Shown here: positions 40,047-54,300 of the stretch, piece by piece
How positions within the stretch are numbered: position 1 is the stretch's first letter
How the letters are laid out: the number at the start of each line of letters is the position of its first letter
Source of the DNA: the human T2T-CHM13v2.0 reference genome, Homo sapiens
DNA: 64,000 bases
Assembly (NCBI RefSeq): GCF_009914755.1
Contig: NC_060936.1
Reading direction: 5' to 3' (one strand)
Position numbers and translations under genes: made by a program
The notes under the pieces: generated by a model
Told to the model about the DNA's origin: nothing
Databases searched by the model: none
What the model saw: the letters and a program-made list of their open reading frames with translations, nothing else

Positions 40047-43000
40047 AAGTCTTACATCCTGGCCAAGGGCAGAGAAAATTTAGCACTGTGGTCAGAAATG
40101 GCTATGACTGGGATTCACTCCCAAGCATGGCCCCTAGTTAAGCCCACACAGAGTTAATTAAAGGATCCAGTTGGGCATGGGGGGGGAAAGGGTCACCTAA
40201 AAGGAATTTTTAAAAGTAAACCAAGGAGAATGGAGAAGGAGTAGTTAATTGTCTTTATGAAAGACTAAGAACACTGAGACAATTAAATTTGAGGAGTAAA
40301 GGGTAATTAAGGACAAGTAGGGCTATCTGGATTGCTTTGGAGACCAATTAATAGCCTTAAAACCACATGAAACTCTAAAGAGTTTCATACACAACCTAAA
40401 AAACAAGCATCAAGGAAAAAAAACTGCCATTTATTTTATGAATAAAATAAAAACTAATGAATAAAATTTCCTTCAACTGTTGTTAAAAATATGTCTTTTG
40501 AAAGACCTGATACTATAGTATGATGTAGACACCATACGAATTTCATGCAGACATGAATAAATGGTATAAAAAGTTGGGAGCTCTATTCAATATAATGAAT
40601 ATAATATAAAAACATTTTTAATTATTGTAAAATTTTAAATAATACTTATGGCTTCCTGCACCTGCCAGGCCCTAGAATTCTAGACCTAGGTGATGATGAT
40701 TGATTTCTTTTTAAACAGAAAGGAATAAATACCAGGAATACAATGCAAGAAGCTACAGATTTTGAGAACTAACTGGACACAGGTGTCAAATGATAGGTTT
40801 TGGTCAAATTCTAGAAGCTATTGCCACATTTTATACTGAGCTAAGCTGTGCCTGGGATTCACTCCCAAGCATGGCCCCTAGTAAATCCCACACAAGAGTT
40901 AATTAAAAGATCCAGTTGGATCCTGGTCAGTATTTTACTGAAATGTCACACTAATTTAAAATGAGAAATCCATGGGAGATATTTTATTTTTCTGTTCCAA
41001 TCATAAATTCACTTACAGATTTAACTAAGACTTTCCTTAAATTTTCCATTATTGTTATCTATGTATAGTAGCCGAATGACATTTATATTAAATTATATTC
41101 ATTTTATTTGTATTTGTGATTTCTCAAGGGCCCATTTTGAGTTTAATATTATATAAGACAGAAGAGAAGACCTAGTCCATGCCCTGGAGCTTTTGTAATC
41201 TCAGCATGATAGACAGAACTGTAATGGTCTGACCAATAAAATTCAGGGATGATTGAGTTACTACCCTGGCCCTAGTTTGCTCTAGGAATTCTTCCAATTA
41301 TATACAGAACCATCGGACTAAAGGAAAACTGGCAGTTTGAGAAGATGGATGCTTAATGCCTTTACCACCACCTCCCTCTAAATCTCTCCTGGGGAACTAG
41401 GGGAGGAGAATGGAGAAAGGCAAAGTTATCCTACTGTTTGGGCAGTGTGAGGTGGCATTTTTGCTTTCCACAGTAAGCCTGCCACATGTATTTATAGTAA
41501 TGCACTAATGCAAACAGGAATTGAAGCTCAGGGAGCTTTCTTTTAGCCTGTCCCAAAATTAAAGCTCTAAGTAGTAGAAAGGTTATTGTTTGGGTAAGAT
41601 CTAGAAGTCAAGATATTAACCTGGTTGGATGCCCAAGAAGGATCTATCAAAACTCCCACAATGCCTCATGGTGATGGAGACAGCAGACACACCCAACACT
41701 CTCCTCACCTGTTAGCATTCCTTTCTAAGTCCAAACAAAATATGAAAGGGCTGGCACCTGTTCTCGTAACCTGAAAACCTATCCATAAATATTCAATCTT
41801 ACTTTCCTGAAACATCAAGAAAGTCATAGCCTCCAAGAAAATCCTTTAGGCACAAACAAATTTTTCATCAGCAAAACAGTTCACAGAAGATGTCTCCCTT
41901 ACATCTTTCCAAGCTTATCATTTTATAATCCTGTGAGCTGACCTCACCTGGCACTTCTCACCCCTTACAATCTCGCATGATCTCCGAGTCCTACCACGCT
42001 CTTGTGCTCTTTAAAATAATAATGAACTGAGAGATGACCCCGTGAGTGACTGCTCTTCAGAGCCCCTCCCACTCCTTTTGGAATTTCAGTCTCCATGGAA
42101 TGACCCCAAGTTGCATCATTATCCCTCTCCTTTCTCCTAGCATGCTGAGAAAGCAAAGAACCAGGGTAAAGACAGGGGTCTGAGTCTGGGGAAGGAAAGT
42201 ATCAGCACGGCTGCTCTCTTGCCCCCTTTTTCCGCCCTGGTACAGCTAAGAGAGGCAGAGAAGGGGACAAGAGAGGTGGGTTTTCAAAGACTGCCCCAGC
42301 CACATCCCCTAGGGAGTGGCCAGAGCCTTCGAGCTCTGCTTTTGTTGCCCATAATGTGTTAAACAGTCATCAACTGTCCAACCTCCCCTTTATCCCGACC
42401 CCCAGCGAAGGAAGGAAATAATACGTTCTACTTTAAACAAAATCGGAATTTAGAGTTGAAATAATTTTGCTTGTAGCCTCTCAGTTAAGTGTTATTTCCT
42501 GCTGGAGTGAACCCTCTAACCTCTGTGCTATCTTTATCATGTCAGCTTCCTAGCATTTAATTTTTTTTTCCCTTGGGAGGGGTGGAAAACTAATGAATAA
42601 AATTACAGGTTGCTATCTCTCTCAGGAGACTGCAAATAAACCATGGTAGAAAGAAGTCCATAATTTTTGGAGCTAAAAATAATTATACCAATTGTATTGG
42701 CCGTATCACAGTTTTGTGTTGCATCTCTCAGATCTGGAGGACTATTACGATATTTCCAACAGTTCTTTTCAATTGACTGATGGACTCATGAGCATGGCAG
42801 GCCTAAGGGACCTCATGAATAAAGGATTATTATTTAAAAAAAAAAAAAAAACTCATTTCTGCACCAGGGCTTAAGAACACATGCAGTGACATGAATCAGT
42901 GCTGAAATTTTAAACCTTTAATTGACTTTTTATGGGTCTGTACACTGAATATTAAACACAAGGATTTATTTACATTATATTTCCAAACTAATTTTGCATT

Positions 43001-44664
43001 CTGTTTTGTTCAGTAACTTTATCTTTTTGTTTTTGAATTTGTTTTCAGCTATCTGACTTTATTGCGTTGTTTTAGACCAATCTACCACATCACCCAAACC
43101 TGCTGTTTCACTCTGTGTCATCTTGCTGCATGCTGACATGGTTATGCATACACTGTACATTTTCAATTATCTGGGGTAGTGCGTGATCGGGAGGGCACAG
43201 ATAAGCAAAGCCCATGGATAATGGTAAAATCTCTCTGTAACCAGTACTTTATTTTCAAGATTTTTCCCCACCATTTCACAAAATCTGCTAGGAAAATCAG
43301 TTGGATTTCCAATTTCTCCTCCAGACCATGCTAACCCATTGGCAAAATTGATAAGAATAATAAGCAATAAATGATTAGATGACGATAACGGGAGAATTAT
43401 AATTGATATACAAACCTGCTCTCCAATGCAGTAATAAGAGTTGGCTCAATCTCAATATGCCCTTTTTCTTATTTCTTTACAGTCTCTGGAGGAGGAGGGA
43501 AATCCAATTTGACCCTAAATTGTGCTTTTTGTAAGGCACATGTTGGCCTGATTGGGGCCCAGGAAGAGGGTAGCAAGGTGACTTTGGTACTGCGAAGCAG
43601 TGTTACTTCCCTAGATGTCACAGCCAGTCCACCTTGTTCAGCTTGGTGGGCAGCCAATACCTCGGCGTACTATTTACAATATTATATCAGATATCAATGA
43701 GAGCAGCCAGTGTAGAAAAAAAGGAAAGGAATTGAACATCACAAGAAAGCTGAAAGAACCTGAGTCTGTGTCTGCATGAGATCAGAGGTGAATCAGAGTG
43801 GATAAAAACCAGGAAAACATAATCATGCTTAATGTAGCCTACGGGCTACTTTCTGACTAGGCTTGAAAATCCTGGAGAAAGAAGAACTAGAGATATGTTT
43901 GGGATTCCATATTTTTATTTTAAAGATGTAGTTATTGTGTATGTGTGTGCTTGATTTTTTTTTTTTTAATTCTTGTGGCTCAATATGCTTCCTCTTTCCC
44001 CACTTCTAGGATCTCTCATTTTTCCCATGTTCTCAGATAATTTGTCTTGGTCTATGTAACAGAAGTCGGCTGGAGTGTTATACTTTGTCTGATAAAACAC
44101 TGGGATGATCTGTCCATATCAAATCAGCACAAAGTTGTAAAATACCCAAACAATAGTCTCAGAAACACCAAAAATTGCTCAGAAAATAGACTCTAATAAG
44201 TCTGTTTTCTAAACAAGAGAATGAATTCATATAAGATGATACAATTAAAAGGAAATGCATTCCCTTTCTCACCCTGCCAACTATTCCCCCTCTCCCTGTG
44301 GAGCAGCATATACATTTTATATTTAGTGAAAGAAGGAGCTGGTATAGTAATGGCTGCATGCCACCCTGAAATGCTGCCTAGCAGCCTGGCAGAGTGGGAA
44401 TTTACTTGTTCTGCTTTGTAGACACAGTTCGTTCCTGTCAGAAGTAGTTGAAACCACATTCAGTGATCTTGAAGAATCTAGGGGAAAAGGAAAAGGGCTT
44501 TGAAACTGGAGACAGGAAACAAAAAAACATTTTTTCCAAATGCAAGAGGAAGCTGGATGCTGCAAAATGCAAACTGGCAAGTGTATTTGTTAGGACCTAT
44601 TTAGCCATCGATAACAGAAAGCAGCCCGGGCTTCTCAAACAGATAGTGGGAAATTCATTGTCAA

Positions 44665-44890
44665 GTAGACCTGAAACTAAATTCCAATCTAAATATGTTC
44701 AAATCTCAGTTTTGCAGCTTCCTAACTCTATGACTTTTGGGCAATTACTTAATTTCTCTAAGACTACAAAATGAAGATCATGGTGGTACCTAGCGTGTGG
44801 GTTTATTGTGCAGGTTAAATGAAATGATGCCTGTAAAGTACTTAGCAAAGGAGCTGATGTATTATAAATGGCAACTATCATAATTGTTAT
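44665..44890 (+). mobile_element. MIR SINE
   Basis: GTTCAAATCTCAG..CTATGACTTTTGGGCAATTACTTAATTTCTCTAAG..GGTTAAATGAAATGATGCCTGTAAAGTACTTAGCA. Confidence 0.75.
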
Positions 44891-45504
44891 GAAAAGACCC
44901 ATGTGGGGTCATGAATGTTGTATGCAAATGTATAAAGAACGGTCTTATGGAAGAAAGATTTGTTCCATATGGTCTTTATGGGTAGAACTTAGAAGAAAGA
45001 TTTCAGCATAGTCTGTAGAAAATCAGTTGAACAATCTAGGCTACATAAGATGAGAATGATTTGTCTCAAGAGATGGGAAGCTTCTGCCAATCCCTAGGGC
45101 AAGATAAATATCAGCCAGGCAACTTGGTGGGATGTAAAATTTCTCCAGCATTTGGACTCCAGTAGTCCAAAGATGTTTGGACTACGAGACAGCTATTAGG
45201 ATTCTTTCAAACCTATGAGCTCCTATGATTCTATTATTTCTTTCTCGGCAATTTGCAGTCGAAATGAAAAGAAAATTAAGCTTTAGGAATGGCGGAAAGG
45301 AGAATTAAAGCAGACTATTGCTCTATACTTATTGAATGGCCACTGTTTCTCTAGAAAAGATGTGGCCATCATTACTATAGATGACAATAGTTTTCAGTCC
45401 TCCAGAAAGTGGGCCAAGACAGATTATAAGGGAATTTGAACACAAGATCCTTGGTTCCTTTCTAAGGACAATATTTGCATATAAGCCTCTAATATAACAA
45501 GAAT

Positions 45505-45628
45505 GCATATTCATTCATTTCCTGATTTATGCAAGAAAAAGTTATTAGGCACCAATTATGCACCAGGAGCTAGGGATACAACAATTAACACAATGGGTAC
45601 AACTCCTGCATCCATGGAACTCATGGTT
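45505..45628 (-). mobile_element. L2 3' end fragment
   Basis: ATTCATTCATT..TTATTAGGCACCAATTATGCACCAGG..GGGATACAAC..CCTGCATCCATGGAACTCA. Confidence 0.65.
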
Positions 45629-46756
45629 ATTCATTTTGCAGTCTGTAAAATTGTACTTGTTATTTCCAGTAATTTACTATATATAAGTGACTACTTTATA
45701 ACAGGTTTCAAAACAACCCTTTCTGTCCCTCCTGATACTTAGTTTGCTATTATATCATGCAAAATTGGTACTCTGGCCACACTGAACAGAAAATGTGTCC
45801 ATTGAGTGGCCTCAAGCATATATTCCAAGAATATTGGTGTGTTTTTAGAGCCACTTATTATTCCATGTAACTACAGACTATTGCTAAATTCTGCTGTTTT
45901 TAGAAAAAATTCTCACTATTGAGTCTAGGCTCTTTATTTTACATGGCACAGTTGCACAGTTCCATTTAGAATTAACTAGAAAGCTTATGGCTAACCTACT
46001 CTGTGGAACTATACCCAAAACTATATGAAACATATATATGCTGGAACTGGGAGAGCAAAACTGTAAATATTTATGTAATAACCCCTGCTTAGAATCAGAT
46101 TCTAAATAGTGCCTCATCTTGGTGATCAAGGATACAGAATCTTAGAACAGCAAGAGTTTTTCAGTTCAGATTACAACAACAACAACAAAAAAAGATCTTC
46201 ACACATCTGCTTATCCAAGGTCCCAGCTATTTTTATCCTAGTATGGGCTCTAGCTTTATCTTGAACTATTCAAAGCCCAGAGGAAAGCTAGAAAGTTTCA
46301 ATGGGTAAACCATTATTTTTCCTGCTTCTATTAGTAAAAAAGAAAAGGAAAATATTCCAGTTACCAAGAAATCTAGAGAGTAAAGAATTCTTTTTGAAAA
46401 ATACAGTAGTCATCACCGATAGAGTGAATCATCTGTGAACCTCCCATTACTGCTAATGACTGTCACTCTATTTCAGGATTGTAGTGGAAGTAAGGCAGCT
46501 AGGACTGCATCCATAGTCACGAAACTATTTCCTCTCAGATAGTGGATCTTGGACCAGAGAAAAAACATTTATATGCCATCTTATGACTCAGTTCTAAGAC
46601 CAAAGGTGTGCCTCTTGTAGTGCATACAGTGGCTCTCCTATGCCAGAGGAACAGCCTCAGAAGGCACGGGGTAGTGACACTCAGCTTGCCACCCCATCAC
46701 TTGGAGCAGAGGAGTCCCTTTATCCCTTCAGCACAGTGGATAAAGTCTATCACTGC

Positions 46757-46916
46757 ACAGTGTTTTAAACTTCCCTGGGGTCCTTGTTATACACACAAAT
46801 TCTCAAGCTCCACCTAAAACCACTGCATCAGAATCTCCAAGTGAGGGGTCTGGAAAGTTAAATATTTAATAAGTGCCCCTGGTAATTCCTATCTGCAAGG
46901 AGGCTAGGGAAACATC
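46757..46916. mobile_element. MER5-family (hAT-Charlie) element
   Basis: CAGTGTTTTAAACTT..CATCAGAATCTCC..TTTAATAAGTGCCCCTGGTAATTCCTAT..GGGAAACA. Confidence 0.6.
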
Positions 46917-47474
46917 ACGGAAGATGTCAAAGCTCTGTTTGTTATTCTCCATTGAATCTCCTGGGCTCTAATCAATTTGGTGGCATGAGCAGTACCTTGT
47001 CATCCAGCTTGCAGAGGTACCAAAAACCCTTCATCTTAGCCATCACATTCAACAGTGCAACTTGCATGTCACCAAATGTCTATGATACAAGCCAAATTAT
47101 ATAATTTAGGAGTATAAAGAAATAGTGGTTCATAAGAGTTGTTTCCATTACGTCAGTGTTTTTGGAGTAAAACGTCAAACCAAATGCTTTAGTTGACATA
47201 GTATTTGAAAACCACTTTCAGTATACCACTCCTCTGAAAAAAGAAAAAAAATCTGCATCAAATTGTAAATCCAATAGAAACATAAGCATGTAAAACCCCC
47301 ATCTAAGATTAAACCTTGATATTAACTTATTTTCCATGTAGGGTGACAATTTTACTTTTCTAACCATATCCTACTTGGAGTTCATGATTATTTCAAAAAT
47401 TTCCTGATGAACAAATACTATTTATAATGTTATATAAGGTGAATTAATTTTATTTTTATCTTAAAGGAAAGTTA

Positions 47475-47781
<307 letters not shown>

Positions 47782-47859
47782 AGAGACTGTTTAAGCAGAA
47801 CCTAACTTTTTTGTTAGTTACAGTCCCCCCGAAACTAGGGGAAGAGTACTTTGAAATGG

Positions 47860-48205
47860 CCCCAGATAAATCCCAGTGTTCCATGTGTCTAGTTGTGACC
47901 ATTTGATTAAGTTCTATTCAGTGGGATATAAGCAAAAATAATGAGCCTTGCCCTCAAAACATTTGAGCAGGAGTCCCTTGACACCTTTGCACAGCCCACT
48001 GGCTAAGACAGGCAGCCAGCTTGGACTCACATATGGAGGCTATAGGTTAAGAAAAGTAAAGTGACCTCCTGGTCCAAGACATTTAAGTTTATATGTGAGA
48101 AGGAAAAACCAACAGAAATCACTATTTTGTTTAAGGCATTATAATTTTTTAAGCCACTTTGAGTATTTTTGCTAGAGCAGCCTGGCCTCTACCCTCACTA
48201 ATACA
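47860..48205 (+). mobile_element. MLT1 (G/H-like) LTR remnant
   Basis: AGTGGGATATAAGCAAAA..ATGTGAGA..TTGTTTAAG..AGCAGCCTGGCCT..CACTAATACA. Confidence 0.55.
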
Positions 48206-49179
48206 TTACTATAAACACACACAAAAATTCCGTGAAAAAAGGGAAGTATTATGCCAAAATAAGAAGAAATTTGGAAAAGGTATTAACTAAAACTAACCAC
48301 TTTTCAATACATATTAACCCTAATTAGATTTCAGGTTTTTACTTCCATTTTTTTTAATCAATGGACTATTTTTGAAGTAATTGTCAATTCTTCTAACCTA
48401 TTTTTTATTTTTAATTTCTGCAGGTACACAGTAGGTATATATATTTATGGGGTATATGAGATATTTTGTTACTGGCATACAATGTGTAATAATCTCATCA
48501 GGATAAATGAGGTATCCATATCTTCAAGCATTATCCTTTGTGTTACAATCAAATTATATTCTTTTAGTTATTTTTAAATGTACAATTAAATTATTATTGA
48601 CTATAGTCACTCCGTTGTGCTATCAAATACTAGCTCTTATGAATTCTTTCTAACAATTTTTCTCACTCAACCCCCCCCACTACCCTTCCCAGCCTCTGCA
48701 AATTATCATTCTACTTTCTATCTCCATGAGTTCAATTGTTTTAATTTTTAGTTCCCACCAAAAAAAAAAAAAGAAAAGAAAAGTAAAAAAGAAAACGTGA
48801 AGTTTCTCTTTCTGTGCCTGGCTTATTTCAGTTAACAAAATGACCGTCAGTTCCATCCATGTTGTTGCAAATGACAGGATCTCATCCTTTTTTATGGCTG
48901 AATAGCACTCCATTGTGTATGTGTACATTTTCTTCATTCCTTCATCAGTTAACGGACACTTAGGTTGCTTACAAATCTTGGCTATTGTGAATTATACTGC
49001 AATATACATGGCAGTACAGATATCTCTTTGATACAGTGATTTCCTTTCTTTTGGGTATATACCTGGCAGTGAGATTGCTAGATCATATGGTAGCTGTATT
49101 TATAGTTTTTTGAAGAACCTCCAAACTGTTCTTCATAGTGGTTTGACTAATTTACATTCTCATCAACAGTGTACAAGGG

Positions 49180-49491
49180 GCCTGGGTGAGGTGGCTCACA
49201 CCTGTAATCCCAGCATTTTGGGAAGCCAAGGCAGGAAGGTCACCAGAGGTCAGGAGTTCAAGACCAGTCTGGCCAACATGGTGAAATCCCATCTGTACTA
49301 AAAATACAAAATTAGCCAGGTGTGGTGGTGCATGCCTGTAATCCCAGCTACTCGGGAGGCTGAGGCAGGAGAATCACCTGAACCCAGGAGACGGAGGTTG
49401 CCGTGAGTCAAGATTCAAGATCGTGCCACTGCACTCCAGCCTGGGCAACAAAGACTCCATTTAAAAAAAAAAAAAACAAAAACAAAAAACC
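49180..49491 (+). mobile_element. AluS nested in the L1MA
   Basis: Full dimer; TSD ACAGTGT(A/G)CAAGGG (49166-49179, 49492-49505). Confidence 0.93.
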
Positions 49492-51194
49492 ACAGTGTGC
49501 AAGGGTTCCCTTTTTTCCACATTCTTGCCAGCATTTGTTATTGCCTGTCTTTTGGATAAGAGCCATTTATTTTAACTGGAGTGAGATGATATCTCACTGT
49601 AGTTTTGATTTGCATTTTTCTGATGATCACTGATGTTGAGCACATTTTTATATATCTGTTTGCCATTTGTATGTCTTCTTTTCAGAAATGTCTATTCAGA
49701 TTTTTTTGCCCATCTTTTGATCAGATGATTTGATATTTTTCCCTATAGAGTTTGAGCTCCTCTTATATTCTGGTTATTAATCCCTTGTCAGATGGGTAGT
49801 TTGCAAATATTTTCTCCCATTCTGTGGGTTGTCTCTTCACATTGTTGGTTGCTTCCTTTGCTGTGCAGAAGTTCTTTAACTTGATGTGACCCCATTTGTC
49901 CATTTTTGCTTTAGTTGTCTGTGCTTGTGGGTTGTTACTCGGGAATCTTTCCCCACTCCAATGTCCTGGAGAGTTTCCCCAATGTTTTCTTTTAGTAGTT
50001 TCATAGTTTGAGGTCTTAAAGTCCTTAATCCATTTTGATTTGATTTTTGTGTTCGGTGAGGGATAAGGATCTAGGTTCCTTCTTCTGCATATGGATATAC
50101 AGTTTTCCCAGCACCATTTATTGAAGAGACTGTCCATTTCCCAATGTATGTTCTTGGCACCTTCGTCAAAAATAAGTGCACTGTAGATGCACAGATTTCT
50201 TTCTGGGTTCTGCATTCTGTTCTATTGTTCTGTATGTCTGTTTTTATGCCGTATCATGATGTTTACTATAGCTCTATAGAATAATTTGAAGTCAGGTAAT
50301 GCAATTCCTCTAGTTTTGTTCTTTTTGCTTAAGATAGCTTTGGATATTCTGGGTGTTTTGTGGTTCCATATAAATTTTAGAATTTTTTTTTTCTATTTCT
50401 GGGAAGAATGTCACTGGTATTTTGATAGGAATTGCATTGAATCTTCCAATCCAGTATTGATTCTTCCAATCTATGAACATGAAATATCTTCCCATTTTCT
50501 ATGCCCTCTTCGATTTTAGTTTTCAATGTGGAGATCCTTCACTTCTTTGGTTAATTTCCAGGTGTTTAATTTTATTTGTGGCTATTGTAAATGGGATTAC
50601 TCCCTTTATTTCTTTTTCAGACTGTTCACTATTGGCATGTAGAAATGCTACTAATATTTGTATGTTGATTTTGTATCCTGCAACTTTACTAAATTTATCA
50701 GTTCTAATAGTTTTTTAAGGAGTCCTTAGTTTCTCCAAAATAAGATCATATCATCTGCAAACAATGATAATTTGACCTCTTCCTTTCCAGTTTGGATTTC
50801 CTATATTTCTTTTTCTTTCCTGTCTGATTACTCTAGCTAGGACTTCTGGTACTATGTTGAATAACTGTGGTGAAAGTGGACATCCTTGTCCTGTTCCAGA
50901 TCTTAGAGGAAAGGCTTCCAGTTTCTCCCCATTTGGTATGATACTAGCTGTGGGCCTGTCATATATGGCTTTTATTACATTGAGGTAATTCCTTCTATAC
51001 CCAGTTTTTTGAGGGTTTTATCATGAAGGAATGTTGAATTTTACAAAGTGCTTTCTCAGCATCAATTGAAATTATCATATGGTTTTTATCCTTCATGTTG
51101 TTAATACAATGTATCACATTGATTGATTTGCATATGTTGAACCATCTTTGCATTTCTGGGATAAATGCCACTTGGTCATGATGAATGATCTTCC

Positions 51195-51300
51195 ATATTG
51201 TTAAATGATCTAATGTAACGATCTAATGTATTGTAATGAAAGGATCTAATGTAGTGTAAATGATCTAATGTAATGTAATGATCTAATGTATTGTTAAATT
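51195..51300. repeat. Irregular minisatellite of GATCTAATGTA (5 copies) inside L1 ORF2
   Basis: Core at 51207, 51220, 51243, 51262 and 51280 with variable spacers. Confidence 0.9.
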
Positions 51301-54300
51301 TGGTTTGCTAGTATTTTGGTGGAGATTTTTGCATCAATGTTCATCAGAGATATTAGCCTATAATTTCCTTTTTTTTGGTATGTCTTTGTCTGGTTTTGGT
51401 ATACCCCAATACTGGCCTCACAGGATGATTTTGGAGTATTTCTCCTTCTCTATTTTTTGGAATAGTTTGAGTAGGATAAGTATGAGGTCTTCTTTAAGTG
51501 TGTGATAGTATTCAGCAGTGAAGCCATTGAGTCCCAGGCTTTTCTTTGCTGACAGACTTTTCATTACAGCTTTGATTTTACTTCTTATGGTCTGTTCAGG
51601 TTTTAGATTTCTTCATAGTTCAATCTTGGTGGGTTGTTTGTGTCTAGGAAATTATCCATCTCTTCTAGGTTTTCCAATTTATTGGCATATAGTTACTTGC
51701 AGTACCCACTAATGATCCTTTGAATTTCTGTGGTATCAGCAGTAATGTCCCTTTTTTCATTGCTGATTTCATTTATTTGGGTCTTCTCTCTTTTTTTCTT
51801 AGTCAGGCTAGGCTCTTGTCAATTCTGTTTATCTTATCAAATCCAATTTTTTGTTTCATTGATCATTAGGTATTGCTTTCTTCATTTCAATTTTATTTAT
51901 TTCTGCTCTGATCTTTATTTTTTTCTACTAACTTTGGGTTTGATTTGCTCCTGCTTTTCTAGTTCTTTAAGATGCATCATTAGATTGTTTATTTGAAGTT
52001 TTTCTACTTTTTTATGTGGGTACTTACAGCTCTAAAATTCCCTCTTAGTACTGCTTTCACTGTACCCCATAGGTTTTGGCATGTTGTGGTTCCACCATCA
52101 TTTGGTCCAATAAATTTTTCAATTTTCATCTTAATTTTTTCATTGACCCGTTGGTCATTCAGGAGCATATTGTTTAATTTCTGTATGCCTGTATAGTTTC
52201 TGAAATTTCTCATTATTGATTTCTAGTTTTCTTCCATTGTTGTTAGAGAAGATACTTGATATTACTTCAATTTTTTTAGTATTTTAAGACTTGTTTTGTG
52301 GCCCAACATATGGTCTATCCTTGCAAGTGATTCATGTGCTAAGGAGAAGAATGTGTATTCTGCAGCCACTGAATGAAATGTTCTGTAAATATCTCTTAGG
52401 TCCATTTGGTCTATAGTACAGATTAAGTCCAAAGTCTCTGCTGATTTTTGCCTGGATAATCTGTCCAATGTTGAAAGTGGGGTGTTGAAGTCTCCCACTA
52501 TTACTGCCTTGGGGTCTACCTCTCTCTCTAGCACTAATAATACTTGCTTTCTATATCTGGTTGCTCCAGTGTTGAATGCATATATATTTATAATTGTTAT
52601 ATCCTTTTGCTAAATTGACTGCTTTATCACTATATAATGACATTCTTTGTCTTTTTTATAGTTTTTGTCTTGAAATCTATCTCATCTGATATAAGTATAA
52701 ATCCTTCTGCCCCTTTTTGGTTTCCATTTGCATGGGATATCTTTTTCTATCCCTTTATTGTCAGCCTCTGTGTGTCTTTATTGGTGAAGGGTGTTTTTTG
52801 TAGGCAACAGATCATTGGGTCTTGTGTATCCATTCAGCCACTCTATGTCTTTTGGTTGGAGAGTTTGCTCCATTTACATTCAATGTTACTATTGATAAGT
52901 AAGGACTTACTCCTACCATTTTGTCATTTGTTTTCTGGTTGTTTCGTGATCTTATATTCCTTTTTTCCTTCTTTCTTGTCTACTATTTAGTGAAGGTGAT
53001 TTTTCTCTGATGCTATGTTTTAATGTTTTGCTTTTTATTTTTTGTGTACCCATTGTATGTTTTAGATTTGAAGTTACCATGAAGCTTGCAAATACTATCT
53101 TTAACTCATTACTTTAAACTGATAACTTAATACTGATTATATAAACAAGCAAAATAAAACTATTAGAAACTCTACATTTTAACATTGTCTCCCTGCTTTT
53201 TAACTCTTTGTTGTTTCTATTTATATCTCATTTTACTATGTGTTGAGAAGTTGTTATAGCTATTCTTTTTGATCAGTTCACCTTTTCATTTTTCTACTGA
53301 AGACATGAGTCATTTACACACCACAGTTATAGTGTCATAATATTCTGTGCTTGTCTATGTACTATTACTAGTGAGTTTTGTACCTTCAGATGATTTATTG
53401 TTCATTAACATGTTTTTCTTTCAGATTAAAGAATTCCCTTTAGTATTTCCTGTCAGACAGGTCTGGTGTTGATGATATCCCCCAGCTTTTATTTGTCTGG
53501 GAAGGTTTTAATTTCTCCTTCATATTTGAAGGATATTTTCACTGGATATCCAATTTTTGGGTAAAAGGTTTTCATTTTTTTTCCCTTCAGCACTTTACAT
53601 ATATATATCCTGCCACTCTCTCCTGGCCTATATGATATACACTGAAAAGTCTGCTGCCAGACACATTGGAGCTCCATTGCATATTATTTATTTTCTCTTG
53701 CTGCTTTTAGGGTTCTTTATCCTTGCCCTTTGGGAGTTTGATTATTAAATGCCTCGAGTTAGTCTTCTTTGGATTAAATCTGCTTAGTGTTCTATAGCGT
53801 TCTTGTACTTGAATATTGGTATCTTCCTCTGGGTTTGGGAAATTCCCTGTTGTTATCCCTTTGAATAAACTTTCTAACTCTCTCTCTCTCTGCCTCCTAT
53901 TTAACACCAATAACTCTTAGATTTGGCCTTTTGGAGCTATTAGACCTAGATCTTGTAGGCATGCTTCACTCTTTTTTATTCTTTTTCCTTCTCTCTCCTC
54001 TGACTGTGTATTTTCAAATAGCCTGTCTTCAAGCTAACTCTTTCTGCTGTTTGATCAATTCTGCTGGTGAGAGACTCTGATTGATTCTTTAGTATGTCTA
54101 TTGCAATTTTCAGCTCTGGGGTTTCTGCCTGATTCTTGTTAATTATTTCAACATCTTTGTTAAATTTATCCAATAGAATTCTGAATTCCTTCTCCATGTT
54201 ATCTTGATTTTCTTTGAATTTCCTCAAAACCTATTTTTGTATTCTCTGTCTGAAAGGTCTTATATACCTGTCTCTCCGGGATTGGTCTCTGGTGCCTTAT

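Noticed and set aside
42200-42450. Possible CpG-island promoter
   Set aside because: Only a few CpGs and one GC box; does not approach CpG-island density.
49763-50215. 150-aa ORF with clear protein similarity
   Set aside because: Fragment of L1 ORF2 inside a frameshifted L1MA, not a host gene.
51195-51300. Repeat-spacer pattern superficially like a CRISPR array
   Set aside because: Core is only 11 bp, spacers are 2-12 bp and derive from the same sequence, the context is a primate L1, and there are no cas genes.
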